Shown piece after piece: positions 36,395-46,067 of a stretch of 64,000 nucleotides of DNA. The DNA comes from an uncultured Candidatus Rokubacteria bacterium. GTDB lineage: Bacteria; Methylomirabilota; Methylomirabilia; Rokubacteriales; DASRDR01. The number at the start of each line of letters is the position of its first letter. Position 1 is the stretch's first letter. The DNA lies in the NCBI GenBank assembly GCA_963805625.1, contig CAWDVE010000013.1, forward strand, positions 1 through 64,000, written 5' to 3'. Position numbers and translations under genes: made by a program. The notes under the pieces are model-generated. The model was not told the origin of the DNA and made no database searches. It worked only from the letters and a program-made list of their open reading frames with translations.

Positions 36395-36768
36395 CCGGGC
36401 TCTCCTCGTTTCACCGGCAGCTTCTCCCGAGAAGCGCGGCCCCCGCCAGCAGGACGACGGTGATGCCGGCCGCGGCGCCCAGGAACGCGGCGCGCGCGGC
36501 AAATCGCGTCGGGCGAGGATGGCAGCGCGCCCTCGGCCGCCGTCATGAGCCCGACGAACGGCTCGGTGATGCCCAGACTCCGCGCGATGGTGCGGAGATC
36601 CGCGCCGGGGTCGGCGGAGTCGTAGCCTCCCCGCACGTGCATGTTCACCACGTGGCGCGTGACGTCGAGAGCGCCGCCTACCACGGCCGAGGCCAGGACG
36701 CGGAGCGGCGCCGCGCTTCGGAGCCACACCGCGTCTCGGCCGACGTCGATCTCGACGCCCTCGATCAC
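36391..36768 (-). pseudogene. cbiZ: Truncated adenosylcobinamide amidohydrolase
   Basis: LRVLASAVVGG...NMHV...VGLMTAA matches the CbiZ N-terminus; similarity stops after ~78 aa. Confidence 0.75.
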
Positions 36769-36908
36769 CCGCGCCTCCTGCGCCGTGCGCCCGAGCGCCC
36801 CATTCGATCCGCGCCCGATGCTTCGTGGGTCGCGCCGCCACCCGCGGAACTCCAGGCGTCCCTCGACCGGGGCGCTCGGTGCAGCATCAAGTGCCGATCG
36901 GCCGCCAG

Positions 36909-38837
36909 TCAGTCAAAGGTGGCGCGGATCCCGGCCACGACGTGCGTCCCGAGCGCTGGGAAGCCCGCCACCTCGGAATAGTTCTCGTTGAAGATGTTGG
37001 TCGCCCGCAGGTGCAGCGTGACGTTCGACAGGCACCCCCAGCGCTTGATCGGCAGCCGGTACGCCGCCGCCGCGTTGACGACGGTGTACCCGGGGTTCCG
37101 CGGCAGATCCGGCGCCTCGAACTGGCTCGACATCGCCAGCACCTCCCCGGAGAGCGTGAGGCCCGGCAACGGCTCCCAGGTGGCCGTCACCGATAGGGCG
37201 TTGGGGGCAACGCGCCGGAGCGGATCCCCCGTCGTCCGATCCTCAGAGTCGGTGTACGTGTAGGCGAGCGCCAGGACGAGGCCGTCGACCGGCATCACGC
37301 TCCCCTCCACCTCGACGCCCTCGGAGCGGGCCTTGCCGACGTTCTGGGCTTCGAAGCAGAAGTTCGTGGGATCGGTCAGCGTGGGCTGGATGAGATTCTT
37401 GTAGTCGTTGCGGAAGTAGGTCGCGGCGAGCCGTATCCGCCGCTCCCAGAGGTGCTGCTCCACGCCCGCGTCCCAGCTGTTGCTCTCCTCCGGCTTGAGA
37501 TTGGGGTTGCCGAACGGCGGGCACGGCGCGAAGGCCGGGAAGAACAACTCGTTGAACGTCGGCGCGCGGAAGCCCTGCCCCCAGCTGGCCTTGAGCCGCG
37601 TGTCCGTGGCCTTGAGCAGATAGGAGAGCGCCACGCGCGCCGTCGCCTTGTCCTCGAACGCGCTGTTCCCATCGTAACGGACGCCCGCCGTGAGGTACAG
37701 GCGGTCGAACAGCGTCAGCTGGTCCTGGAGGACGAGAGCCCAGGAGTCGATGGTCTCCTTGTAGCTCCCCTTGACCTCACCCACCTCGTTCCGGTACTCG
37801 CCGCCGAGCGTGATCGTGTTCCACCGGACGGGCTTGATGAAGTGGTACCACTCGGCCTCGAGCCGCCTCGAGGAGATGTCCGAGGTGAAGCCGAACGGAT
37901 GCGCGGGATCGGCCTCGTCCGTCAACGTGAGCGTCTCGTCCACGGCCGACACGCGGACCTTGTGCTCCCACATCGACGTCCAGGGCTGGCGCCACTCGAG
38001 GGAGAGGAGCCAGAGCTGCTGGTCCTGCTCGCGGTTCGGGTCGAAGTCGGGGAACACCGTGGCGAACGGAATCCCGAGATGCCCGTCCTGGAACCGCCCG
38101 GTGAGCGAGACCTCGCCCTTGTTCGGCAGCGCGTAGCCGACTCGCGCGTTCACGCTGGTGACGTTGTGCTCGTCGTTGTCGAACTGGCCCTGGAAGTCGA
38201 ACCGGCTCACGCCGAGGGAATAGCTCCAGGGCCCGGTGCTCCCCGACACGCCGGCGCGCTCCCGGAATGTCTCGTAGTTGCCCGCCTCGAAGTCCAGTAA
38301 TGCGGACGGCGGCCCCTGTCCCCGCTTGGTGATGACGTTGACCACGCCGCCGATCGCGTCCGCGCCGTAGAGGGTCGACTGCGGACCGCGTAGGACCTCG
38401 ATCCGCTCGACGTCGTCGAGAGTGAGGTCGGCGAAGTCGAAGTCACCGGAAGTGAGGCTCTTCACTCTCACGCCGTCGATCAGCACCTGCACCTGGGTCG
38501 GGTTGGCCCCGCGGATGCGAATGGTCGAGAGCTTCCCGGGGCTGCCCGATGTCTGGACCTGGACACCCGGGATCGTCCGGAGAACCTCGTCCACCGCCCG
38601 GTACTCTTGGACCCGCATTGCCTCCTCGGGAACGACGGTCACCGACGCGCCGATCTCCTCGAGCGGCTGCTCGCTCCGCGTGGCCGTCACAACCACCGGA
38701 TCGGCTCGCCGGACGTCGCCCGCCGGGGCTGCCGGGGCGGCCCCCGGGGTCGTCTGGGCCGTCTCCTCGGCTGCGGCGGATCCCGATCCGAGCCACAGCA
38801 GCATCGCGAGCACGCCCCACATGTCTCTACGCGTCAT
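36909..38837 (-). CDS. btuB: TonB-dependent cobalamin receptor
   Basis: VVVTATR, IRG...VLIDG, ERIEVLRGPQSTLYG, NIFNENY, terminal F; downstream of a cobalamin riboswitch. Confidence 0.92.
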   Translation of the reverse strand: MTRRDMWGVLAMLLWLGSGSAAAEETAQTTPGAAPAAPAGDVRRADPVVVTATRSEQPLEEIGASVTVVPEEAMRVQEYRAVDEVLRTIPGVQVQTSGSPGKLSTIRIRGANPTQVQVLIDGVRVKSLTSGDFDFADLTLDDVERIEVLRGPQSTLYGADAIGGVVNVITKRGQGPPSALLDFEAGNYETFRERAGVSGSTGPWSYSLGVSRFDFQGQFDNDEHNVTSVNARVGYALPNKGEVSLTGRFQDGHLGIPFATVFPDFDPNREQDQQLWLLSLEWRQPWTSMWEHKVRVSAVDETLTLTDEADPAHPFGFTSDISSRRLEAEWYHFIKPVRWNTITLGGEYRNEVGEVKGSYKETIDSWALVLQDQLTLFDRLYLTAGVRYDGNSAFEDKATARVALSYLLKATDTRLKASWGQGFRAPTFNELFFPAFAPCPPFGNPNLKPEESNSWDAGVEQHLWERRIRLAATYFRNDYKNLIQPTLTDPTNFCFEAQNVGKARSEGVEVEGSVMPVDGLVLALAYTYTDSEDRTTGDPLRRVAPNALSVTATWEPLPGLTLSGEVLAMSSQFEAPDLPRNPGYTVVNAAAAYRLPIKRWGCLSNVTLHLRATNIFNENYSEVAGFPALGTHVVAGIRATFD

Positions 38838-38881
38838 CGCGCACTCCTCTTCCGCGAAGGGGTGTGAGTCTTCACGCATCC

Positions 38882-39075
38882 CGATCGGTCTCCTGACTCG
38901 TGGCTCGTCGCGCCCACCACGCCTTCCCAGGGCAAATGGCCCCAGTGACGTTGCCCCGCCGCGGACACGCGGCGGAAGTGGGGGCGCTCCCCACTCACAG
39001 TTGCGGGACAGTGCCGGAATCAGCGTCCGGAAGGACGTCTCACCGGCTTCCCGACATCGGGACGCACATCAGCCG
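38882..39075 (-). ncRNA. Cobalamin riboswitch upstream of btuB
   Basis: GGGAAgccGGTG...CCGGcacTGtCCCgcAACTGT...CACTG...GGGAAGG...GAGTCAGGAGACC. Confidence 0.92.
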
Positions 39076-39102
39076 CTCGAGCGCTCACCTCCTCTCAATG
39101 GG

Positions 39103-39167
39103 GTCAGACTGTGACTTCCCGACCATTCGCGCCCGCCGACAAAAATGTCGGGAAGTCACAGTCTGAC
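39103..39167. repeat. Perfect 21-bp inverted repeat (REP/MITE-like)
   Basis: GTCAGACTGTGACTTCCCGAC (39103-39123) and its reverse complement (39147-39167), 23-nt spacer. Confidence 0.85.
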
Positions 39168-39959
39168 TCCGAGAACGACGGGGCGGCCGGAGGCGAGGCG
39201 CTCCACCCAGACGGGGCAGCCATACGCTTCCTCGAGTGCCGCCTCGTCCAGCACCTCGCGCGGCGGGCCGAGCCGGATCACGCGCCCGCCCGAGAGGAGG
39301 AGCAGTCGGTTGGCCAGCTCCCCTGCCAGGTTCAGGTCATGGCTCACGAAGATCACCGTCATGCCCCGCTCACGGTTGAGCCGCCGGAGCAGCCCGACCA
39401 GATGCCGCTGGTGCACGAGGTCGAGGTGGCTCGTCGGCTCGTCCAGCAGGAGCGCTCGCGGCTCCTGGGCGAGCGCCCGCGCAAGGAGCGCCCGCTGGCG
39501 CTCGCCGCCGGCCAGCGTGTCGACCGGGTGGTCGCCGAGCTCGAGGACCCCCGCGAGGGCCATCGCCTCGCGCGCCCGGGCGAGATCCGCCGGACCCTCG
39601 AAGAGCCGCCCCTCGCTCCGGGGGAAGCGCCCCATGAGGACGAGCTCCTCCACGCTCACCGAGAACGCCAGCTGCTCCTCCTGCGGGACGACCGCCACAT
39701 CCCGAGCGAGGGCGAGGCGCCGTACGGCACCGAGCGGCTGACCCTGGTACCGGATCTCGCCGCGGTCGGGAGCGTGCACCTTCGAGAGGAGACGCAGCAG
39801 CGTGGTCTTCCCGGAGCTGTTCGGGCCGACCAGGCCCAGGATCTCGCCCTCCGCCACCTCGAACGACGCGCCAGCGAGACGGAACACGCCGCCGTAGCCG
39901 AACTCCACCCCCTTTGCCTCGAACACCGGCGGACCGGCCGCGGCCGTGCGCGAGCTCAC
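39156..39959 (-). CDS. btuD: Cobalamin/iron-chelate ABC transporter ATPase
   Basis: GPNSSGKT, VVPQ, LAGGERQR, LLLDEPTSHLD, SHDLN. Confidence 0.9.
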   Translation of the reverse strand: MSSRTAAAGPPVFEAKGVEFGYGGVFRLAGASFEVAEGEILGLVGPNSSGKTTLLRLLSKVHAPDRGEIRYQGQPLGAVRRLALARDVAVVPQEEQLAFSVSVEELVLMGRFPRSEGRLFEGPADLARAREAMALAGVLELGDHPVDTLAGGERQRALLARALAQEPRALLLDEPTSHLDLVHQRHLVGLLRRLNRERGMTVIFVSHDLNLAGELANRLLLLSGGRVIRLGPPREVLDEAALEEAYGCPVWVERLASGRPVVLGVRL

Positions 39960-40972
39960 GCGCTGCGCCGGCGTAGTCGGGTCCGCAGGAGGTAGACGAA
40001 GAACGGCGCGCCGCAGAAGGCGGTCACCACCCCGACCGGCAGCTCGGCGGGCTGCACCACCAGGCGCGCCAGCGTGTCCGCCAGCACGAGAAACGTCGCG
40101 CCCGCGCCGGCGGCCACCGGCAGCAGGAGCCGGTTGTCCGACCCGACGGTCAGACGGACGGCGTGCGGCACGATGAGCCCGACGAATCCGATCGGCCCCG
40201 TCTGGGCGACGATCACGCCCGTGAGAAGCGCCGCTGCCACGAAGACGATGCGCTTGACCCGCTCGGCCTCGACCCCCAGCTGGAGGGCCGACTCCTCACC
40301 GAGCGCGAGCAGATTGAGCGCACGCGCCTGCGCGTAGATCATCGCCGTCCCAGCCGCCGTGCCGACCGCGATCACGCCGACCGCGCGGTACCCCACGATC
40401 CCGAGGCTCCCCATGAGCCAGTGGAGGATCCCGCCCAGCTGGGCGAAGTCCACGAGCGAGACGACCAGTGTGATCACGGCCGAGAAGAAGAGTCCCGTGA
40501 TGACCCCGGCCAGGAGCAGCGTCTGGACGGGAAGCCACCCGCCCGACGTGGCGATGAGGTACACGATGATCGCCGCGATCAGCGCGCCTGCGAAGGCAAA
40601 GGCTGACAGCCCTACTGTCGCGGCCAGCGAGCCCTCGAGTCCCCAGAGGTGCCCGAGCACGGCGCCCAGCGCCGCGCCGCCGGCCACGCCCAGCACCGCG
40701 GGATCCGCGAGCGGATTCCGCGTCAGGGCCTGGAACGCCGCCCCCGCGACGGCAAGGCCTCCGCCCGCCAGTGCGGCGAGGATGACCCGCGGCAGCCGGA
40801 GCTCCAGCACGACCGTGGCGGCGAGGTCCGAGCGCGCCCGTCCCACCAGCGCGGCGACGACCTCGCCGAGGCCGATCGGCGCGGGTCCGGTGGCGAGCCC
40901 GATGAGACCCGCGAGAGCCAGTCCACCGGTAACGACGACACAGGCCGCCCCCACGCGGCGCCGGGAGATCAC
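39956..40972 (-). CDS. btuC: FecCD-family ABC permease
   Basis: LRLPR, RNPLADP, LALGEESA...LGV, GPIGFVGLIVPH, ELPVG. Confidence 0.92.
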   Translation of the reverse strand: MISRRRVGAACVVVTGGLALAGLIGLATGPAPIGLGEVVAALVGRARSDLAATVVLELRLPRVILAALAGGGLAVAGAAFQALTRNPLADPAVLGVAGGAALGAVLGHLWGLEGSLAATVGLSAFAFAGALIAAIIVYLIATSGGWLPVQTLLLAGVITGLFFSAVITLVVSLVDFAQLGGILHWLMGSLGIVGYRAVGVIAVGTAAGTAMIYAQARALNLLALGEESALQLGVEAERVKRIVFVAAALLTGVIVAQTGPIGFVGLIVPHAVRLTVGSDNRLLLPVAAGAGATFLVLADTLARLVVQPAELPVGVVTAFCGAPFFVYLLRTRLRRRSA

Positions 40973-41904
40973 GGCACGCGCTCCGGGTGGATCACGCGGG
41001 CCAGCGCCCGGAGGGCCTCGACCATCCGAGGGCCCGGCCGGTGGACGAGGTCGCCGTCGACGGCAAACACGCGACCGTCGCGCAGCGCGCTGACCGAGCC
41101 GAGGCGCCCCCAGCCGCGGAGAAGCTCCTCGACCGTCCCCTGCCCGTGGCGCCCGACGATGATCCGGTCCGGACGCCGCTCGACGACCGTCTCCAGCGAG
41201 AGGCGCGGGTACGGAAGCGGTTCGGCGCCCGTGACGCTCTCGCCGCCGGCGCGCTGGATGAGCTCGCTGATGAGCGTACCCCCACCCGGCGCGATGAGCG
41301 GGTTCGGCCACACCACGTAGAGGACGCGCGGGCGGGGCGAGCCTGCAACCGCGCGTGCAATGGCCTCCGCATCCCGCCGCATCGAGGCCACCCGCGCGCG
41401 GGCGGCAACGTCACGGCTGAGCACGCCGCCGATGCGCTCGATCGACTCGAGGACGGTCTCGAAATCGACCGGCCGAATCACGTAGACGGCCAGCCCGAGC
41501 GACACGAGCCGCTGGACGTGCTCTGCGTAGTTGCTCTCCGCCGTGGCAAGGACCAGGTCGGGTCGGAGCGCCAGGATCGCCTCGAAGCTCGGCGTGGAGA
41601 TCCCGCCGACGCGGGGCTTCAGGGTCGCTTCCGGCGGGTAGTCACAGTAGTCGGTGACCCCGACCAGCCGGTCGCCGTCGCCGAGGACGAACATGGTCTC
41701 GGTGATGCTCGGCGCCAGCGACACGATCCGGGCCGCGTGATCCGGAATCCGCACACGCCGGCCGAGCATGTCCGTCACCTCGCCGGCCGCGCCGGCGCGC
41801 GGCCCGCCCCCAAGTGCCGCCAGCGCCACGACGACGAACAGCAGGGCCCGTGACGCACGCCGACCCCCGCGACGGGCGGCGCATGCCGCCGACGGCATCC
41901 TCAC
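40969..41904 (-). CDS. btuF: Cobalamin-binding periplasmic protein
   Basis: DMLGR...RIVSLAPSITE, VGVTDYCDYP, RPGPRM. Confidence 0.9.
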   Translation of the reverse strand: MRMPSAACAARRGGRRASRALLFVVVALAALGGGPRAGAAGEVTDMLGRRVRIPDHAARIVSLAPSITETMFVLGDGDRLVGVTDYCDYPPEATLKPRVGGISTPSFEAILALRPDLVLATAESNYAEHVQRLVSLGLAVYVIRPVDFETVLESIERIGGVLSRDVAARARVASMRRDAEAIARAVAGSPRPRVLYVVWPNPLIAPGGGTLISELIQRAGGESVTGAEPLPYPRLSLETVVERRPDRIIVGRHGQGTVEELLRGWGRLGSVSALRDGRVFAVDGDLVHRPGPRMVEALRALARVIHPERVP

Positions 41905-42950
41905 CGGAGGCGCTCCGATACGCCGGCTTCCTTGAACGTCGCCATCTCCCGGTAGCAGGCGAGCGCCGCGCGGAGGAGGCCGATCCCGAGCGCGGCGCCG
42001 GTGCCCTCGCCAAGCCGCATGCCGAGCTCGAGGTACGGGGTGAGGCCGAGGGTTTCGAGCAGCCGCGCGTGTCCGGGCTCGGCACTCCGGTGCGCGGCGA
42101 TCAGGTAGCTCCGCGCGGCGGGAGCGAGGCGGGCGGCGACCAGCCCGGCGGCGGTGGCGATGAAGCCGTCGAGCACGACGGGGACGCGGCGGGCCGCTCC
42201 CGCCAGGACGACGCCGACGAGCCCCGCGATCTCGAAGCCGCCGACCGCCGCGAGGACACCGAGGGCGTCGCCCGCATCCGGGCGGTTGACGGCCAGTGCC
42301 CGCCGGACCACCTCGACCTTCCTCACCCAGACGTCGTCAGGGACCCCCGTGCCGCGGCCCGTGACCATCGCGGGATCGCCGCCGGTGAGCGCGGCCGTGA
42401 GCGCGCTCGCCGCGGTCGTGTTGCCGATCCCCATTTCCCCGGTACCGACACAGTCCGGGGCCGCCGCCTCGACGAGCGCTGCCCCTTCAGCGATCGCCCG
42501 GACGGCCTCCTCGCGGGTCATCGCCGGTCCCTTCGTGATGCTGCGAGTGCCAGGCGCGATGCGACGCTCGACGATGCCGGCGTGACCGGCCAGCGGCGCC
42601 GCGACGCCGAGATTCGCGACGACGACCCGGGCACCGACGTGGCGAGCGAGGACGTTCACCCCGGCGGCGCCTCGCGCGAAGTTCTCGACCATCTGCGCGG
42701 TAACGGCCTGTGGGTAGGCGCTCACGCCCTCGGTCGCGACACCGTGGTCGCCGGCGAGCGTGAAGATCACCGGCGCATCCACCCGCGGCAGGGGATTCCC
42801 GGTGATCACGACCACCCGGACGGCGAGCTCCTCCAGCCGCCCCAGGCTCCCCCGCGGCTTCGTTAGGCTGTCGAGCCGACGACGGGCCGTCTCGGCCAGC
42901 CGCTCGTCCGGCACGACGACGGAGGCGATGAGGCGCTCGAGGGCGATCAC
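41901..42950 (-). CDS. cobT: Nicotinate-nucleotide--dimethylbenzimidazole phosphoribosyltransferase
   Basis: LTKPRGSLGRLE, GDHGV, GEMGIGNTT, DGFI, RLGEGTGA. Confidence 0.97.
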   Translation of the reverse strand: MIALERLIASVVVPDERLAETARRRLDSLTKPRGSLGRLEELAVRVVVITGNPLPRVDAPVIFTLAGDHGVATEGVSAYPQAVTAQMVENFARGAAGVNVLARHVGARVVVANLGVAAPLAGHAGIVERRIAPGTRSITKGPAMTREEAVRAIAEGAALVEAAAPDCVGTGEMGIGNTTAASALTAALTGGDPAMVTGRGTGVPDDVWVRKVEVVRRALAVNRPDAGDALGVLAAVGGFEIAGLVGVVLAGAARRVPVVLDGFIATAAGLVAARLAPAARSYLIAAHRSAEPGHARLLETLGLTPYLELGMRLGEGTGAALGIGLLRAALACYREMATFKEAGVSERLR

Positions 42951-43519
42951 GCGGGCCGGCCGCCTTCGGGGGACGCGTGGGCACCGGCGGGCTTCACGAC
43001 GAGCGGGCAGCCGGCGACCATCAGCACCACCTCGTCCGCGGCCCGCGCCACGGCCTGGTTGACCAGGCCGAGCGCGTCGCGAAAGCGCCGGCCGAGCTCC
43101 GTCTCGGGGTGGACCCCCCAGCCGACCTCGTTGGAGACGAGGATGATGAGCGCGAAGCGCGGGCGCCTGGTGGCGGCCTCCAGCTGCGCCGCCTCCGCCA
43201 GGAGGTCGGACTCGGTCAGCTCAGGTCTTTGGTGGAGAAGGTTTGCGACCCACAGGTTGAGACAGTCCACGACCACGACATCGGCCTCGCCCTCGAGCCC
43301 GGTGAGGGCCGACGCGAGCGCGATCGGAACCTCGACCGTGCGCCAGGCTGGGGGTCGCTCCGCCCGGTGGCGGGCGATCCGGGCCGCCATCTCCTCGTCC
43401 CCGGCCTCGGCGGTCGCGACGAACGCAACCCGCCCATCGTGCGCTCGGGCGCGAGCGACGGCGAACGCGCTCTTCCCCGCGCGGACGCCCCCCAGGACGA
43501 GGACGGTCCGCGGGCTCAC
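42947..43519 (-). CDS. cobU: Adenosylcobinamide kinase/guanylyltransferase
   Basis: GGVRAGKS, RIARHRAERP, DCL, SNEVGWG, FRD. Confidence 0.95.
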   Translation of the reverse strand: MSPRTVLVLGGVRAGKSAFAVARARAHDGRVAFVATAEAGDEEMAARIARHRAERPPAWRTVEVPIALASALTGLEGEADVVVVDCLNLWVANLLHQRPELTESDLLAEAAQLEAATRRPRFALIILVSNEVGWGVHPETELGRRFRDALGLVNQAVARAADEVVLMVAGCPLVVKPAGAHASPEGGRPA

Positions 43520-43599
43520 GGCGAACTGGTGCGGGGTCTCCGGCTGGGCGAGATCGCGTGCGGCAACCCGGGCCTCCCTCGAAGACCGGTTCGGAGTGC

Positions 43600-43776
43600 G
43601 CGGGTTCCAGGCAGGTCTCCTGACTCTCGGATCGTCCTACTCCCCGCGCCCTTCCCGGCGCGCCGCGCCAGTGGGCTTTGTTTGCGGGTTTCGTCCCCGA
43701 TCACAGTGACGGGGTCGTGGCGGTCTCGCACCGCCTTCCCTCTTGGCCCCCAAGGGGGCACACCTGGAACCCCGTG
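43600..43776 (-). ncRNA. Cobalamin riboswitch upstream of cobU
   Basis: AGGGAAggcGGTGcgagaCCG...CCCCgtCACTGTGA...CCACTG...GGGAAGG...AGTCAGGAGACCTG; closing helix GGGTTCCAGG/CCTGGAACCC. Confidence 0.93.
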
Positions 43777-43786
43777 AACGTCGCTA

Positions 43787-43815
43787 ACGCTAGCAGCCGG
43801 AGAAAGGCCCGTCAA
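43787..43815 (-). promoter_or_regulatory. Sigma70 promoter of the cob/btu operon
   Basis: TTGACG-17 nt-TAGCGT directly upstream of the riboswitch. Confidence 0.7.
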
Positions 43816-43845
43816 GAACGGGCCGGAACGGAACGGGCCGGAACG
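43816..43845. repeat. 15-bp tandem duplication GAACGGGCCGGAACG
   Basis: Exact copies at 43816-43830 and 43831-43845. Confidence 0.8.
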
Positions 43846-44057
43846 GAGGGGCTCGGAGACCCACGCCGGGTCCGACACCCCTCGTGCCGGCGCGGGGATT
43901 CCAGCGGCCGGAAGAGGATGTTGTCGTTGCGGGACGGAGACAGGGCAGAGGATCGGGGACAGACTCCTCATGGACTGCCTCCATTCGTCTACGGCGGGTC
44001 CATTGATGCTCTCAGGACGGGCCCACGTCCACCGCATGGGTGGACTGAGTATCCTTC

Positions 44058-44507
44058 TTATCGGGCGAGCCGGGACTTCACGAGATCGGAGAGCGCCTTG
44101 CCGTCGACGGTCTGGCCCTGGAGGCGGGCGCGGACGGCCTTCATGACGGCCCCCATGTCCTTCGGCGAGGTGGCGCCCGTCTCCGCGACGGCTGCCTCGA
44201 CGGCCCGCGCCATGTCGTCGGCCGAGGCGGCGCCCGGGAGGTACTCCTGGATGACCTTGGCCTCGCGCTCTTCCTTCTGAGCCAGGTCCTCGCGGCCGGC
44301 CGCCCGGAACTGCTCGGCGGCGTCCCGCCGCTGCTTCACGAGGGTGTTGAGGACGCGCAAGGCGTCCTCGTCCCCGAGGCTCCCGGGCACCTCGGTCTCG
44401 CGAAGCTTCAGCGCCGTCTTGACCATCCGGAGCGCGCCGAGCCGCTCGGCCTCGCGCGCCTTTAGCGCCTCGATCAGATCCTTGTCGATCCGCTGCACGA
44501 TCGTCAT
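44058..44507 (-). CDS. GatB/YqeY domain protein
   Basis: LGALRMVK, VKQRRDAAEQF...GREDLA, YLP, DMGAVMK. Confidence 0.93.
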   Translation of the reverse strand: MTIVQRIDKDLIEALKAREAERLGALRMVKTALKLRETEVPGSLGDEDALRVLNTLVKQRRDAAEQFRAAGREDLAQKEEREAKVIQEYLPGAASADDMARAVEAAVAETGATSPKDMGAVMKAVRARLQGQTVDGKALSDLVKSRLAR

Positions 44508-44633
44508 GGGAGCCTCGGGGCACTATAGCATCGCAGTCGTCCCACCAGGACACTCAGCCCACTGCGACATGGGATCAATCGAGGGCTCGTACTACAATCA
44601 CGGCCAGGCTCGCGCGCAAAGGAGAGAGACCCG

Positions 44634-45086
44634 ATGGCCCCACTGGCTGTGGACCGCACGTACATTGCCGAGAACGCGGCGGAGCTCCGCCGCCTCCGCG
44701 CCATCGTCGAACGTCTGAGCGACGCGGACCTGGCGCGTCCCACACCCGGCGGCTGGACCGTCGCCGCCTCGCTCGCCCACGTCGCCTTCTGGGACCAGCG
44801 GATCCTCTTCTGGCTCGATCGGTGGGAGCGCGGCGAGTCGCCGCGCCGGCTCGAAGAGGCGGACGTCGACTGGATCAACGATGCCGGGAAGCCTCTTTGC
44901 CTCGCGCTCCCGCCACGGGTCGCGGCCCGGCTGACCGTCGAGATCGCCGAGGAGGTCGACCGGCGGCTGGCGGCGCTCAGCGACGAGCGGATCTCCTCGA
45001 ACCGGGCGGCCGGCGAGCCGCTCTTCCTCGCCCGCGCGCACCACCGCAAGACGCACCTCGACGAGATCGAGCGCGTGCTCCGGTAG
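44634..45086 (+). CDS. DinB/mycothiol maleylpyruvate isomerase N-terminal-like protein
   Basis: GWTVAASLAHVAFWD...HRKTHLDEIE. Confidence 0.8.
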   Translation: MAPLAVDRTYIAENAAELRRLRAIVERLSDADLARPTPGGWTVAASLAHVAFWDQRILFWLDRWERGESPRRLEEADVDWINDAGKPLCLALPPRVAARLTVEIAEEVDRRLAALSDERISSNRAAGEPLFLARAHHRKTHLDEIERVLR

Positions 45087-45134
45087 CGCCGCCTCGCAGC
45101 GGCCGGACCAGCAGGGAATCGGAAGACGGTCGGC

Positions 45135-45806
45135 GTGAAGCTCCTCGTCCTGGGCGCAACGGGCGGCACCGGACGGCAGGTGATCAGCCAGGCGCTGCAG
45201 CACGGCCACGACGTCACCGCCTTCGTCCGCGACCCCGGGAAGATGACGAGTACCCACGGTCGCCTTCGTGTCGTCGTCGGAAGCCTGACGGACGACGAGG
45301 CCGCCGTCGCCCAAGTGATGCGCGGTCATGACGTGGTCGTCAGCGCGCTGGGCCGGCGCAAGGCGTTCAGATCCTCGAATCTCATCTCCCGCAGCATGCG
45401 AACGATCGTTCCCGCGATGGAAGGCCAGGGAGTGCGCCGTCTGATCGTCGTCTCGGCCTATGGCGTCGGCGATTCGGCCCACGACGCCCCGCTGCTCCCG
45501 AGGCTCATGTACCGACTGCTCCTCAGGGACATCTTCGCGGACAAGAAGGCCGGTGAGGATTACCTGCGCCGGAGCGCTCTCGACTGGACGCTCGTGTACC
45601 CGGTGGCCCTGACCGATGGTCCCCGAACGGGCAGGTACCGGGTGGGCGAGCGCCTGGTGCTCCGCGGTATCCTGCCCCGAATCGCCCGCGCCGACGTCGC
45701 GGACTTCATCCTCACGCAGCTCGCCAGCACCGCCTACCGACAGAAGGTCGCGGTGATCAGCTACCAGTCCGTGCGCCGCCGTGCGCGCGCCTCTCCCGTG
45801 AGCTGA
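45135..45806 (+). CDS. NAD(P)-binding oxidoreductase (flavin reductase-like atypical SDR)
   Basis: GATGGTG, LDWTLVYP, IARADVADF. Confidence 0.88.
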   Translation: MKLLVLGATGGTGRQVISQALQHGHDVTAFVRDPGKMTSTHGRLRVVVGSLTDDEAAVAQVMRGHDVVVSALGRRKAFRSSNLISRSMRTIVPAMEGQGVRRLIVVSAYGVGDSAHDAPLLPRLMYRLLLRDIFADKKAGEDYLRRSALDWTLVYPVALTDGPRTGRYRVGERLVLRGILPRIARADVADFILTQLASTAYRQKVAVISYQSVRRRARASPVS

Positions 45807-46067
45807 GCAAGATCCTCCAAGCGTGGGACCGCGCGGCCGAGCTAGTCTCGAAGCGTGAAGGCGCCTCGGCGGCGCTCGCCGGCCTGCTGGGTCTCCTCGG
45901 GGCACTCCTCGGGGCGCGCGTGCGGGACCTTCGCGAAGCGGGCATCCCGACGAGGCCTCACAGCCGATCTGAGGGCAGGCGGGCAGCCCTTCCACGCCGG
46001 GACGTCCCTCCCCGTGTGGGGCCGAGAAGCGCGGTAGACTGAGCCACATGGCGCGAGGAGGCACCCG

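Noticed and set aside
43990-44030. TPP riboswitch or 6S RNA (CTGAGA...ACCCG seen)
   Set aside because: Lacks the downstream CTGAT...GCGNAGGGA of TPP and the end-to-end pairing with central bubble of 6S
43516-44553. 345-aa minus-strand ORF
   Set aside because: Overlaps yqeY out of frame and runs through the promoter and cobalamin riboswitch
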